Shown here piece after piece: positions 8,229-16,599 of a stretch of 28,672 nt of DNA. Under the pieces are notes generated by a model, which saw only the letters and a program-made list of their open reading frames with translations, had not been told where the DNA came from and did no database searches. The position numbers and the translations under genes are program-made. The stretch comes from a virus (Duplodnaviria > Caudoviricetes). Within the stretch, counting starts at the first letter, position 1, and the number at the start of each line of letters is the position of its first letter. The stretch lies in IMG/VR virus record IMGVR_UViG_3300050021_000111, positions 1 to 28,672 of that record. The stretch is one strand, 5' to 3'.

Positions 8229-8374
8229 AACGATTTTTGTGCTGGCTCCGATTCGGTCACGTATGGAAAGAACTAGGAGACATGGACGTGCGGGGTAGGA
8301 AGTGTACTATGTGGCAATGCGCTCACTGTACACTGACTGAATTGTTTGATGTGTTGACGGGAGAGAGACGATGA
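8225..8374 (+). CDS. 49-aa Cys/His protein (DUF1660-like C..FGH.W...CxxC)
   Basis: Hand translation MKRFLCWLRFGHVWKE...CAHC; GGGAG RBS; GTGA overlap. Confidence 0.6.
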   Translation: MKRFLCWLRFGHVWKELGDMDVRGRKCTMWQCAHCTLTELFDVLTGERR

Positions 8375-8466
8375 TGGATAAGATGTTTTATGGTTTAGCT
8401 TATTCAGTTTTAGCGGTTTTGGGGTTGATGGTTCTTGAGGCAATTTTGAAAGGAATGGATAAATGA
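8371..8466 (+). CDS. 31-aa single-TM protein
   Basis: MMDKMFYGLAYSVLAVLGLMVLEAILKGMDK; GGGAGAG RBS; ATGA overlaps at both ends. Confidence 0.5.
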   Translation: MMDKMFYGLAYSVLAVLGLMVLEAILKGMDK

Positions 8467-8810
8467 GCGTTTCCGATGAGCGATTAGACCAGTTGGCCTA
8501 CGACCCGATGATGTGCAACATCTCAGAAGAGGTACAGGAGTGCTTGGCAGAATTAGTTGTGTACAGGAACGCTGGAAAGCATAATTCGCTTAGGAAAATG
8601 AAACCACCAGAATATAATCCTGATACCGGAGAAGAATTAGAAGAAGGATGCTATATGATGGCAACCGCAGAGGATGGTTTATGTGATCCGATTACCGGAT
8701 GTCCGGGATGCGCACAGGAAAGACGGCGACGTAATAAATCTCTACAGGATAACACGGTAGTCTGGAACAAAGGCTGGAAGGCAACAGAGGAAGGGTTGGT
8801 AAAGAAATGA
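8463..8810 (+). CDS. Hypothetical protein
   Basis: AAGGA RBS, ATGA coupling. Confidence 0.65.
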   Translation: MSVSDERLDQLAYDPMMCNISEEVQECLAELVVYRNAGKHNSLRKMKPPEYNPDTGEELEEGCYMMATAEDGLCDPITGCPGCAQERRRRNKSLQDNTVVWNKGWKATEEGLVKK

Positions 8811-8941
8811 AGAACATTGTTGCAGGAGTTCTTATTGTAGTTGTTTTATTGCAATATGGAATTCTAGTATACAAAGGTTTTACGGATGGATGGCCTAAAT
8901 GGGGGAGGAAATTATGGAATGCCAAAGATAGTAAACAGTAA
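8807..8941 (+). CDS. 44-aa single-TM protein
   Basis: MKNIVAGVLIVVVLLQYGILVYKGF...; ATGA overlap. Confidence 0.45.
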   Translation: MKNIVAGVLIVVVLLQYGILVYKGFTDGWPKWGRKLWNAKDSKQ

Positions 8942-9047
8942 GTTTCTTGATCGAGTGGACGATGTTTTGGGGATGGGTGAGTACAGAAAGACTTTGATGG
9001 ATTTAAAGGTGCTGCGGTGGGAGTTGGAGAGGATGGTTAGGGGATGA
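8919..9047 (+). CDS. 42-aa hypothetical protein
   Basis: GGAGG RBS; MPKIVNSKFLDRVDD...; ATGA overlap with the next gene. Confidence 0.5.
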   Translation: MPKIVNSKFLDRVDDVLGMGEYRKTLMDLKVLRWELERMVRG

Positions 9048-9379
9048 GCGAAATTTACGCAAGATTTGTTATGAGAGATGACGGTCTTATGTTAGGGAAG
9101 GTACAAGGTCAAGAGTCAGATACTCCTCTATTTAAGCCTGATACGGTTTACCAGATTGATTCTGTTTTGGGAACGCATATTATTCGAGAGGTAGGACCGT
9201 CTTTTATTGCGCATGGGAAACCGTCAGGAGAAAAAGTAAACTGGGGGCAAGACGCAAGTAGGATTGTAGAGAATGGGATGCACTTATATACTGTAGATGA
9301 GGTTGAAAGACAGGCATGGTTCACTGATGAAGAACGAGAGCGTTATGAAAACGGGGATAGGTGGAAAGATGAGCGATAA
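9044..9379 (+). CDS. Hypothetical protein
   Basis: Coupled start, protein-like composition. Confidence 0.65.
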   Translation: MSEIYARFVMRDDGLMLGKVQGQESDTPLFKPDTVYQIDSVLGTHIIREVGPSFIAHGKPSGEKVNWGQDASRIVENGMHLYTVDEVERQAWFTDEERERYENGDRWKDER

Positions 9380-10313
9380 GAAAAGTGTTCTCGAAGAAGT
9401 AATGAAGGATATGGAAGATGGCAAAGAAATAAAGATTCCATCAACCAGTATAAAGGACTTTGTGGAAAGGAAATACGGGATGAGCGACAAGAGATACATT
9501 GTGCCGGAAGGGATGTTGAAGGCGGTTTCATCGGCGTACGGGGAGTTAAAATACAGCCAGTCATTTGTTCTGACGGAAAAGATTCGTCTTGTGCTATGTG
9601 AAGCGGCTATGCGCTGGCTGTCGGAGAACCGGACTCTTCCCGACGAGAAGGTTGTGCGAGAATTGTTGGAGGATTCTCTTCAGTATTGGTTTGTAGGCGA
9701 TACTGCGCTAAAGAAAGAGGCGGCGTTGTCTATTCACACCCGGCTGAACGATTTATGGAGCGAGTGGCAGCGTCGGATGTTCCTCGCGCCGGAACCGGAG
9801 ACTATTTGTATCCTAAAAAAGGGAGGAGAAGTCACGGTAAACATTAATACTAGGATGATTATCTGTCCTGCTCATCCAGACGGTCATAAATTAGATGTTG
9901 AACTAAAGAAATGCAAAGATAGTGGAGGATTTATGATAGGAGATTTTACTAAACTAAAGGATAGACATGGTTCATGCCCATCGTGTGCCCAAGGACAGAG
10001 TTTAGAGCGTGGCGAGGGAACACATTTAGAAGGAACGGTGGAGCATCCAGAGGATCGGTGGACAAAACATGAGGTAGCGGAAGCGATTCGGAGAAACTAT
10101 CACTATACCGATACGGGAGACGGAGAAATCTTCATTACAAAGATTCTCGCCGACCTCGACCCGCCGTCAAAGCCGGAAGTACCGGATGAGATCAAAGACT
10201 TGCTCTCATCATCCGACCATATTATAGGTATTCCTCTTTTGAGTGGATTAACAGAACACGGAAAGGTCGTCATACTCGAAGCCTACCGGCGCGGCAAGGA
10301 ATCAGGCAAGTAA
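9369..10313 (+). CDS. Hypothetical, probably mosaic, phage protein
   Basis: Likely start MSDKK at 9369 (AGGTGG RBS); a second MSDKR start at 9480. Confidence 0.7.
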   Translation: MSDKKSVLEEVMKDMEDGKEIKIPSTSIKDFVERKYGMSDKRYIVPEGMLKAVSSAYGELKYSQSFVLTEKIRLVLCEAAMRWLSENRTLPDEKVVRELLEDSLQYWFVGDTALKKEAALSIHTRLNDLWSEWQRRMFLAPEPETICILKKGGEVTVNINTRMIICPAHPDGHKLDVELKKCKDSGGFMIGDFTKLKDRHGSCPSCAQGQSLERGEGTHLEGTVEHPEDRWTKHEVAEAIRRNYHYTDTGDGEIFITKILADLDPPSKPEVPDEIKDLLSSSDHIIGIPLLSGLTEHGKVVILEAYRRGKESGK

Positions 10314-10522
10314 TGGAAGACCAGTGCGGAGAGTACGCGGCAAGTTTCATCCCTCGTTGGGGATCGTACTTTTCGTGTGTGTTACAAAAAGGACACGATG
10401 GGGAGCATAGGGCTGGTGGAGAGTGTGTTAAGCACGGAAAGTATGTTATGGAGCATACGGGGAAAGTTCCGAAGTGTCCACATTGGCCTGATTGCGCGAA
10501 AATAGGCGCAGAAAAACCTTGA
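10313..10522 (+). CDS. Small Cys/His-rich protein
   Basis: CVLQKGHDGEH and CVKH...CPHWPDC; TAATG coupling. Confidence 0.6.
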   Translation: MEDQCGEYAASFIPRWGSYFSCVLQKGHDGEHRAGGECVKHGKYVMEHTGKVPKCPHWPDCAKIGAEKP

Positions 10523-10577
10523 CTTTATCCTGCGCTTGTGAGAAAGTAGTTAAGTGAAACATTGTATGGGAGAGTAC

Positions 10578-11981
10578 ATGGATAACTCACAGTATGAAAA
10601 ATTTCTGGAAAGAAAAAGGTACACCCCTATAGTTTCAGGGTTGACCGATATTCCAGAGTTAAATACTAATATGTTTCCTCACCAGAGAGATGTTACTTCA
10701 TGGTCGTTGCGTCTTGGTAGGTCTGCTGCATTTCTAGGAACCGGATTAGGAAAATCTCTAATTGAAATTGAATGGTCAAGGATAATTTCATCTCATACTG
10801 GGATGCCTGTTATAGTATTAGCCCCACTGTCTGTGTGTTTTCAGATGGTAAGAGAGTCTGAAAAGTTCGGAATTGAAAACGTAAAGTATTGTCATAATTC
10901 AGAAGAATCAAAGGATGTTTCTATAGTCGTAACTAACTACGAGAGATTAGATCACTTTGATCCTGCCGATTACAGTGGAGTGGTTCTCGATGAGTCGAGC
11001 ATCCTTAAATCTTTTGATGGTTCTACAAGAAATCAACTTATAGAATCGTTTAAGAACACACCGTATAAATTATGTGCGACTGCCACTCCATCTCCTAATG
11101 ACTACATGGAGTTGGGAAATCATGCAGAATTTTTGGGGGTGATGACTGCCAATGAAATGCTTTCCATGTTCTTTACGCATAATGGAGGAGAAACTCAAAA
11201 GTGGAGGTTGAAAGGTCACGCTCGTAACGACTTTTGGAAATGGGTATGTTCGTGGGCTGTAAATATGCGTACTCCGGGAGATTGTGGATACGATGATGGT
11301 CCGTTCATACTTCCACCTTTGGTTTATCACGAACATATTGTTAAAGTAAATAAGCCGAGCGAAGGAATGTTGTTTGCGATGCCAGCAGAAACATTAAGTG
11401 AACGTCTTTCTGCACGTAGGTCAACGGTAGATGATCGAGTTGGAAAGGCTATAGAAATTGTAAACAATGAACCTGAAGAAATATGGCTAATATGGACAAA
11501 CTTAAACAGAGAAAGCGACACTATAACCAAAGCATTAGACGGTGCGGTAGAAGTAACAGGTTCAGATATACCAGACTATAAAGCACAGTGCGCATTGGAG
11601 TTTTCTGATGGGTGGATTAAAAGGCTCGTTAGTAAAAGTTCAATTTTCGGTTTTGGGAGCAATTTTCAATCATGCTCACATATGATTCACATTGGGGTCA
11701 CGGATAGTTTTGAGAGTTTCTTTCAGTCTGTAAGGCGTTGTTGGAGATTCGGACAAACGAAACCCGTACACGTCCACATCATCGCTGCATCGACAGAGGG
11801 GAATGTACTTGAGAATTTGAAGAGGAAAGAAAAAGAAGCTAATCAAATGGCTGATGAAATGGTAGCAAACATGCAAGACTTGACTAGGTTAAACTTAACA
11901 GGAACAGTTCGTGAAGTAACTCCTTACGAACCTAAACATGAAATGGATATACCAGATTGGTTAGTAGGGGGATCGAAGTGA
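10578..11981 (+). CDS. SF2 (SNF2-like) DNA helicase
   Basis: Q-motif FPHQ, motif I GTGLGKS, motif II LDESS, motif III TATPSPND, motif VI QSVRRCWRFGQ; GGGAGAG RBS before ATG 10578. Confidence 0.92.
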   Translation: MDNSQYEKFLERKRYTPIVSGLTDIPELNTNMFPHQRDVTSWSLRLGRSAAFLGTGLGKSLIEIEWSRIISSHTGMPVIVLAPLSVCFQMVRESEKFGIENVKYCHNSEESKDVSIVVTNYERLDHFDPADYSGVVLDESSILKSFDGSTRNQLIESFKNTPYKLCATATPSPNDYMELGNHAEFLGVMTANEMLSMFFTHNGGETQKWRLKGHARNDFWKWVCSWAVNMRTPGDCGYDDGPFILPPLVYHEHIVKVNKPSEGMLFAMPAETLSERLSARRSTVDDRVGKAIEIVNNEPEEIWLIWTNLNRESDTITKALDGAVEVTGSDIPDYKAQCALEFSDGWIKRLVSKSSIFGFGSNFQSCSHMIHIGVTDSFESFFQSVRRCWRFGQTKPVHVHIIAASTEGNVLENLKRKEKEANQMADEMVANMQDLTRLNLTGTVREVTPYEPKHEMDIPDWLVGGSK

Positions 11982-12940
11982 TTACTTCAAAAGTTCTAAA
12001 TCAAAAATCAGGAACAGATTGGGTTTCTTACAATGCCGACTGCGTAGAGATTGCCAAGTCTTTACCGACAGAATCAATTGATCTAACCGTTACATCTTGC
12101 CCATATTCAAATCTATATTGCTATTCTGGAAGCGAACGCGATATGGGGAATAGCAGAAATGATGAAGAGTTTCAAACTCATTTTAGGTTGTTGATTGATG
12201 AATTATTTAGGGTTACGAAGAAAGGTAGAATTGTAGCTATTGATTGCATGAATATCCCTGCAATGAAAAGCCGAGATGGATATATTGGACTAAAAGATTT
12301 CAGGGGAGATATAATCCGTCAGTTCATTGACGCTGGTTTTATATTCCACAGCGAACATTGCGCATGGAAAGATCCATTGCTGGAAGCAACTCGCACTAAA
12401 GCCATAGGATTGATGCACAAACAACTTTGCAAGGATTCTTCTAAAGTTAGGGCAGGAATTCCTCAATACATTCTTGCATTTAGAAAACCTGGAGAAAATA
12501 CAGAACCAATTGCTCATGAAAAAGGTTTAGAATGGTTCTTTGGTGAAAATCCTCCTAAAAATGGAGTATTATCTCACGAGAGGTGGAGAAGATACGCATC
12601 ACCTGTTTGGATGGATATTGACTTTACCCGCACATTAAACGGAAGAGAAGCAAGGGAGAATCAAGACGAAAGACATATCTGTCCTATGGCGTTAGACTTA
12701 ATAGAAAGGTGTGTTCATCTATGGTCTAACCCTAAAGACACAGTATACGATCCATTCGCAGGCATATGTTCTACTGGATATGTAGCAATACGGAACGGCA
12801 GGAGATTCGTTGGTAGTGAACTAAAAACATCATACTGGGAGCAGTCGTGCAAGAACCTAGAACGTGCAACTAGTATAAATTACGGATTGTTTTCTAGTGA
12901 AGAAAGTGACGATGATCATAGTGATGAAATAGAAGAGTAA
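11978..12940 (+). CDS. N4-C/N6-A DNA methyltransferase, beta class
   Basis: YNADC, motif IV-like TSCPY, HICP, SNPKDTVYDPFAGICSTG (motif I), GRRFVGSEL; GTGA overlap with the helicase. Confidence 0.88.
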   Translation: MITSKVLNQKSGTDWVSYNADCVEIAKSLPTESIDLTVTSCPYSNLYCYSGSERDMGNSRNDEEFQTHFRLLIDELFRVTKKGRIVAIDCMNIPAMKSRDGYIGLKDFRGDIIRQFIDAGFIFHSEHCAWKDPLLEATRTKAIGLMHKQLCKDSSKVRAGIPQYILAFRKPGENTEPIAHEKGLEWFFGENPPKNGVLSHERWRRYASPVWMDIDFTRTLNGREARENQDERHICPMALDLIERCVHLWSNPKDTVYDPFAGICSTGYVAIRNGRRFVGSELKTSYWEQSCKNLERATSINYGLFSSEESDDDHSDEIEE

Positions 12941-12967
12941 TAATCTTCATTCTAATAAGGACAATTT

Positions 12968-13201
12968 ATGAGGCGATGGATCGAAAACGAGGATGACGAT
13001 ATAGTGGAGACTACTGCAAAGTGGTCTCCAGAGGCAAAGTGTTCCTGTCATAACAACGGAGAGCCTTACGACTTGCAAGGGATCAAGGTAACGTCTCTTG
13101 ACCCAAACTGCCGAGTCCATAAGAAGACTCTCAGCACCTATCCTATCGCTGCGAGTGTGGAGCGGATAGTGAGTAATTGGAACGGGAGAGAGAAAATATG
13201 A
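12968..13201 (+). CDS. Hypothetical protein
   Basis: AAGGA RBS. Confidence 0.55.
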   Translation: MRRWIENEDDDIVETTAKWSPEAKCSCHNNGEPYDLQGIKVTSLDPNCRVHKKTLSTYPIAASVERIVSNWNGREKI

Positions 13202-13404
13202 AGAAAGACAAACTGGTAGGAGTCTTCACTATATGCCGAGAATGCGCAGAACATAACGGAGCAGTGTGGCCGACAGGACACGTAGCAACTTTCTGGACAG
13301 GTGGATGTGATGTTTGCCTAACAGAAAAAGGAGTATGCGACGTAAGTGACTGGAATTGGCCTAATGGTAAGCCATCAGAGTTCAGTTTGATGCGTAGGGA
13401 TTAA
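13198..13404 (+). CDS. Small Zn-finger-like protein
   Basis: CREC...CDVC; GGGAGAG RBS; ATGA overlap. Confidence 0.6.
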   Translation: MKKDKLVGVFTICRECAEHNGAVWPTGHVATFWTGGCDVCLTEKGVCDVSDWNWPNGKPSEFSLMRRD

Positions 13405-13405
13405 G

Positions 13406-13657
13406 ATGGCTGCTATCTGCTCAGAGTGTCATAGGTTCCGGTTAGACGGCAGGAATATGTGCAAGTGCGGGGAGATCAAGCATATATATACGATGATTAG
13501 CTTAAATCTTCGTTGTACATGGTGCTTTAAGTTGTTTACGTGGAAGGTACGAGAGTTGAATAGGATGCCGGATGGTATCCGTAGGTGCTGCACAAACTCA
13601 TGTGCTGCAAAGTTAAGGCACTGGGAAGAGGAGAGGAAAAATGAGCGAACTTCATGA
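13406..13657 (+). CDS. Cys-rich hypothetical protein
   Basis: CSEC, CKC, CTWC and CCTNSC motifs. Confidence 0.55.
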   Translation: MAAICSECHRFRLDGRNMCKCGEIKHIYTMISLNLRCTWCFKLFTWKVRELNRMPDGIRRCCTNSCAAKLRHWEEERKNERTS

Positions 13658-14039
13658 ATGGTGCAAGGAACATCGGATTGTAGTATCACCGCAAGTTAAA
13701 CGTGCGGCTGATTTTCTTGAGAGCAAAGGATACGAGTTTCTGTTAGACTTTGGGTACGAGAATGCGGAGCAGAAGGCAAAGGAACTGTTCAACTTTAACG
13801 CAGTTGAACCTAGTCGTAAGACGTTGAACGGTATGGTACTGCGGATCATGCGCGGTAAGGGTTGGATGACTCCTTGGGCGATACAAGCTAGTCTTAAAGT
13901 AGCAACAGCAGTCTACGTTTGCGATTCGTCCGTGAAGAGCAGGATTCGTGATCTTCGACTTCCAGAGTATGGGTGTCATTTGGTTGATAAGCGCAGGATT
14001 GTAGACTCTACGGCCTATGAGTACAAACTTATTAGGTGA
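13641..14039 (+). CDS. Hypothetical protein with probable C-terminal winged-helix domain
   Basis: WMTPWAI...SVKSRIRDLR..YG...YEYKL pattern; GGAGAGG RBS. Confidence 0.65.
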   Translation: MSELHEWCKEHRIVVSPQVKRAADFLESKGYEFLLDFGYENAEQKAKELFNFNAVEPSRKTLNGMVLRIMRGKGWMTPWAIQASLKVATAVYVCDSSVKSRIRDLRLPEYGCHLVDKRRIVDSTAYEYKLIR

Positions 14040-14053
14040 TGGGATAGGATCAA

Positions 14054-14665
14054 ATGACGGACGAAAAAGTAGTAATGTACAACAGCGACGAATCAGCGAC
14101 TCGCGTTGATATGCCGGGTTGGAAGTCACGTCTAGGACACTTCTATCCCGGAGATAACCCTAGCAGTGAGCATGGGGCGCGGTGGTCTGGCTGTACGCAC
14201 CAGAAGTGTGTGTGCGGAGCGATAATGCGGCAAGGAGAAACACGCTGCCGTTCTTGCCAAGCAAAGATAGACAGCGAAAAGTATTATGCTTTGCCTATCG
14301 CGGATTGGGACGGTGTAACTCCAACGTGCGATGACGATCATGACAAGTATTTTTGGGATAAAGGTCAACTATTAGACGCGATGTTTTGGGAGTTGGAAGA
14401 TGCTACGAAGCGAGGCGAGGAGCCGGAGATGCACGTGGTCATCTGCGATCCTCAGTATCTTCACACTCTTGACGGAAGCGAGTGGTCTGACGATCTTGCG
14501 GATGATGGAGAACTGTCAGATGATGTAGGAGCGGCAATAGACGCGCTTAACGTCGTCATTAAGGCGCAAGGACCGTCGTGCTGGTATTCTGGCAAGCAGA
14601 GGATTGACATGGAGCCATTGTGGACGCAGTTGAAATCGGAACTCGCAAAGGAAAAGAAAATATGA
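14054..14665 (+). CDS. Hypothetical phage protein with a Zn-ribbon segment
   Basis: GWKSRLGHFY...ARWSGCTHQKCVCG...CRSC; AGGA RBS. Confidence 0.75.
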   Translation: MTDEKVVMYNSDESATRVDMPGWKSRLGHFYPGDNPSSEHGARWSGCTHQKCVCGAIMRQGETRCRSCQAKIDSEKYYALPIADWDGVTPTCDDDHDKYFWDKGQLLDAMFWELEDATKRGEEPEMHVVICDPQYLHTLDGSEWSDDLADDGELSDDVGAAIDALNVVIKAQGPSCWYSGKQRIDMEPLWTQLKSELAKEKKI

Positions 14666-15060
14666 CTGAAATAGAAGAAAAGGAACTCCAACAAGCTAAA
14701 GAGTATCTATCTTATTGGCAACGGGAGTTACGTCTTGACCACTGGGACATCGAGTTTCGATTTTCACAAAGAGATGAGTTAGGAGATTCGGCAGGTAGAT
14801 GCGCGACACGTCGCTACAACGGGGCGATCATTGTACTTCTATCGAATAACGGAATGATACCGGAGTATGATCGTCTCTTCCGAAACGATATGGAAGTTCG
14901 GATGGTGCATGAATTACTCCACATTAAAGAATCGTTGTGGAGGGATAACCCAAAACTTAACGTGATGGATGATGATGAGTGGATTCGTCGGTCACATGAA
15001 GAGTGTTTGGATGCGGTAGCAGAGGCTTTAGTTCGCGCTAGGAGAGGAATCACTAGATGA
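14662..15060 (+). CDS. Small zincin-like HExxH protein
   Basis: MVHELLHI followed by a distal HEE; ATGA overlap. Confidence 0.7.
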   Translation: MTEIEEKELQQAKEYLSYWQRELRLDHWDIEFRFSQRDELGDSAGRCATRRYNGAIIVLLSNNGMIPEYDRLFRNDMEVRMVHELLHIKESLWRDNPKLNVMDDDEWIRRSHEECLDAVAEALVRARRGITR

Positions 15061-15272
15061 CAGATTTTTATATCGAAAGAGAGGAAGATAGATCGTTTGC
15101 AGTGAGAAGGCCAGGATCGGAAAGAGCCAGCGCGATCCGCGCAACTCAAGACGAAGCTATTGAGTGGGTGCGTAAAAATAACCGGAATGCGAGGATTTTC
15201 ATTGATCGCGTCTGCAAAACCCATGTTGGCGGAAGAGACAGGTGGGAAGAAGTGGTGGATACAGCGAAATAG
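15057..15272 (+). CDS. DUF2188-like protein
   Basis: FAVRRPGSERASAIRATQDEAIEW pattern. Confidence 0.7.
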   Translation: MTDFYIEREEDRSFAVRRPGSERASAIRATQDEAIEWVRKNNRNARIFIDRVCKTHVGGRDRWEEVVDTAK

Positions 15273-15275
15273 GGC

Positions 15276-15304
15276 TTGACAGACGCGAACAAAGCGCATA
15301 TAAA
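15276..15304 (+). promoter_or_regulatory. Sigma-70 promoter
   Basis: TTGACA-N17-TATAAA. Confidence 0.55.
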
Positions 15305-15320
15305 AGATTGAGAGGCAAGC

Positions 15321-15611
15321 ATGGGTCGGAACAAGCGTATAATGGATACAGAAATAAAGGGAGAAATGCAGTCTATCGCGGCTACATGGAAGCAGTTTCG
15401 GATAGATAACGGACTGACTCAAAAGCTCTTAGCGGAAGTTACAGAGGTGAGTCGCAGGACGATTCAGAGCATTGAGGCTGGTTTAATTATCCCTCAACCT
15501 GCTACAATTGCGAAGTTTGAGGAATTGCGGAAAAAGTACGAGAAGAACGGAAAAGTAAGCCGCAAAAGCCTACGGAAACCCAAGGACGAGCAGGACGATT
15601 ACGATTTTTAA
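15321..15611 (+). CDS. XRE/Cro-family HTH regulator
   Basis: KQFRIDNGLTQKLLAEVTEVSRRTIQSIEAG..P; start could be 15366 (AAGGGAG RBS). Confidence 0.88.
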   Translation: MGRNKRIMDTEIKGEMQSIAATWKQFRIDNGLTQKLLAEVTEVSRRTIQSIEAGLIIPQPATIAKFEELRKKYEKNGKVSRKSLRKPKDEQDDYDF

Positions 15612-15652
15612 TGGAATAATCACCCAAACAACAGATTCAAAAGGAGATGTTC

Positions 15653-16126
15653 ATGGCAGAAGTAAATGTTGAGGGTCTTTCAGGAACGGAAGTTATCGAG
15701 TATGTCCTCAATCAAATTCGTCGTAAACTCAAGTATTCATGCAACCTGAGAGAAGCTGATAGTTACGGTCAAGGATTTTCAGGAACGGTTACAATAAACC
15801 TGAAAATGTACGCGATGGACGTTACGGAAGAGACTTTTACCGTAAATATCCAGCCAAAGGGAGAGATTCCTACATCTACAGAGACGGTAACGGTGACTCC
15901 GTTCGATGTGGATGAGAAGCTGGAGATTCCGCAGGAACTCGATCTTGAGGCTGTACGTGAGCGTAGTAAGATTCCTGAGCCGTTGCCAGAGCCTAGCGAG
16001 GCTGGAGAGTCTCGGATGCCTGAGAGGTTGAAGAGGCGCTACACTAGGAGAACAGGAGTTGCCTCATTGGAGCAGACGGCATCGGGTGGTGGGGCGGTTG
16101 ATCTGGAGAATGAACCTAGTTTCTAA
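15653..16126 (+). CDS. Hypothetical acidic protein
   Basis: AAGGAG RBS 6 nt before ATG 15653. Confidence 0.75.
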   Translation: MAEVNVEGLSGTEVIEYVLNQIRRKLKYSCNLREADSYGQGFSGTVTINLKMYAMDVTEETFTVNIQPKGEIPTSTETVTVTPFDVDEKLEIPQELDLEAVRERSKIPEPLPEPSEAGESRMPERLKRRYTRRTGVASLEQTASGGGAVDLENEPSF

Positions 16127-16138
16127 CGGGAGAAAATC

Positions 16139-16489
16139 ATGGAGCATGAAGTAATTGCAAGGGCGGCAATGGCCGCTCACGAAGCTAATAGAGTGCTTTG
16201 TTTGGCACTTGGCGACACATCTCAACCGAAGTGGGAAGATGCTCCATCGTGGCAGAAAGACAGTGCGGAATCAGGCGTGCGGATGATTGTATCAAACCCT
16301 GAAACAACTCCTGAGCAATCACACGAAGGATGGCTCGCGGAGAAACGCGCAACTGGATGGAAGTATGGCCCGGTAAAGAATCCTGATACGAAGGAGCATC
16401 CTTGCTTCATTCCCTACGATGGATTGCCAGAATGCCAGCGGCTCAAGGATGAGATGTTTGGTTTGGTAGTAAGGGCAGTGTTAGGATAA
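16139..16489 (+). CDS. Stand-alone RyR-domain protein
   Basis: HEGWLAEKRATGWKYGPVKNPDTKEHPCFIPYDGLP...KD is the RyR repeat signature. Confidence 0.85.
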   Translation: MEHEVIARAAMAAHEANRVLCLALGDTSQPKWEDAPSWQKDSAESGVRMIVSNPETTPEQSHEGWLAEKRATGWKYGPVKNPDTKEHPCFIPYDGLPECQRLKDEMFGLVVRAVLG

Positions 16490-16492
16490 GAA

Positions 16493-16570
16493 TCCTGCGG
16501 CTCCTCGAAAGAGGCACCGAAGTTGCGCCCGTACATGGTGCGATGAGCCGATAAACGGGCAGTCGCAGGA
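16493..16570 (+). ncRNA. Candidate structured RNA (three-way junction), class unknown
   Basis: P1 16493-16502/16561-16570, P2 CCTC-GAAA-GAGG, P3 GCCCGT/ACGGGC; fills most of the intergenic gap. Confidence 0.5.
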
Positions 16571-16599
16571 ATTGAATCACTGAACCACCGGGAGAAAGA

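Noticed and set aside
5549-16570. CGCAGG shared by the operator-like repeats, the 16.5 kb RNA and the array boundaries
   Set aside because: Six-base word with no periodic units following it at the other sites; likely coincidence
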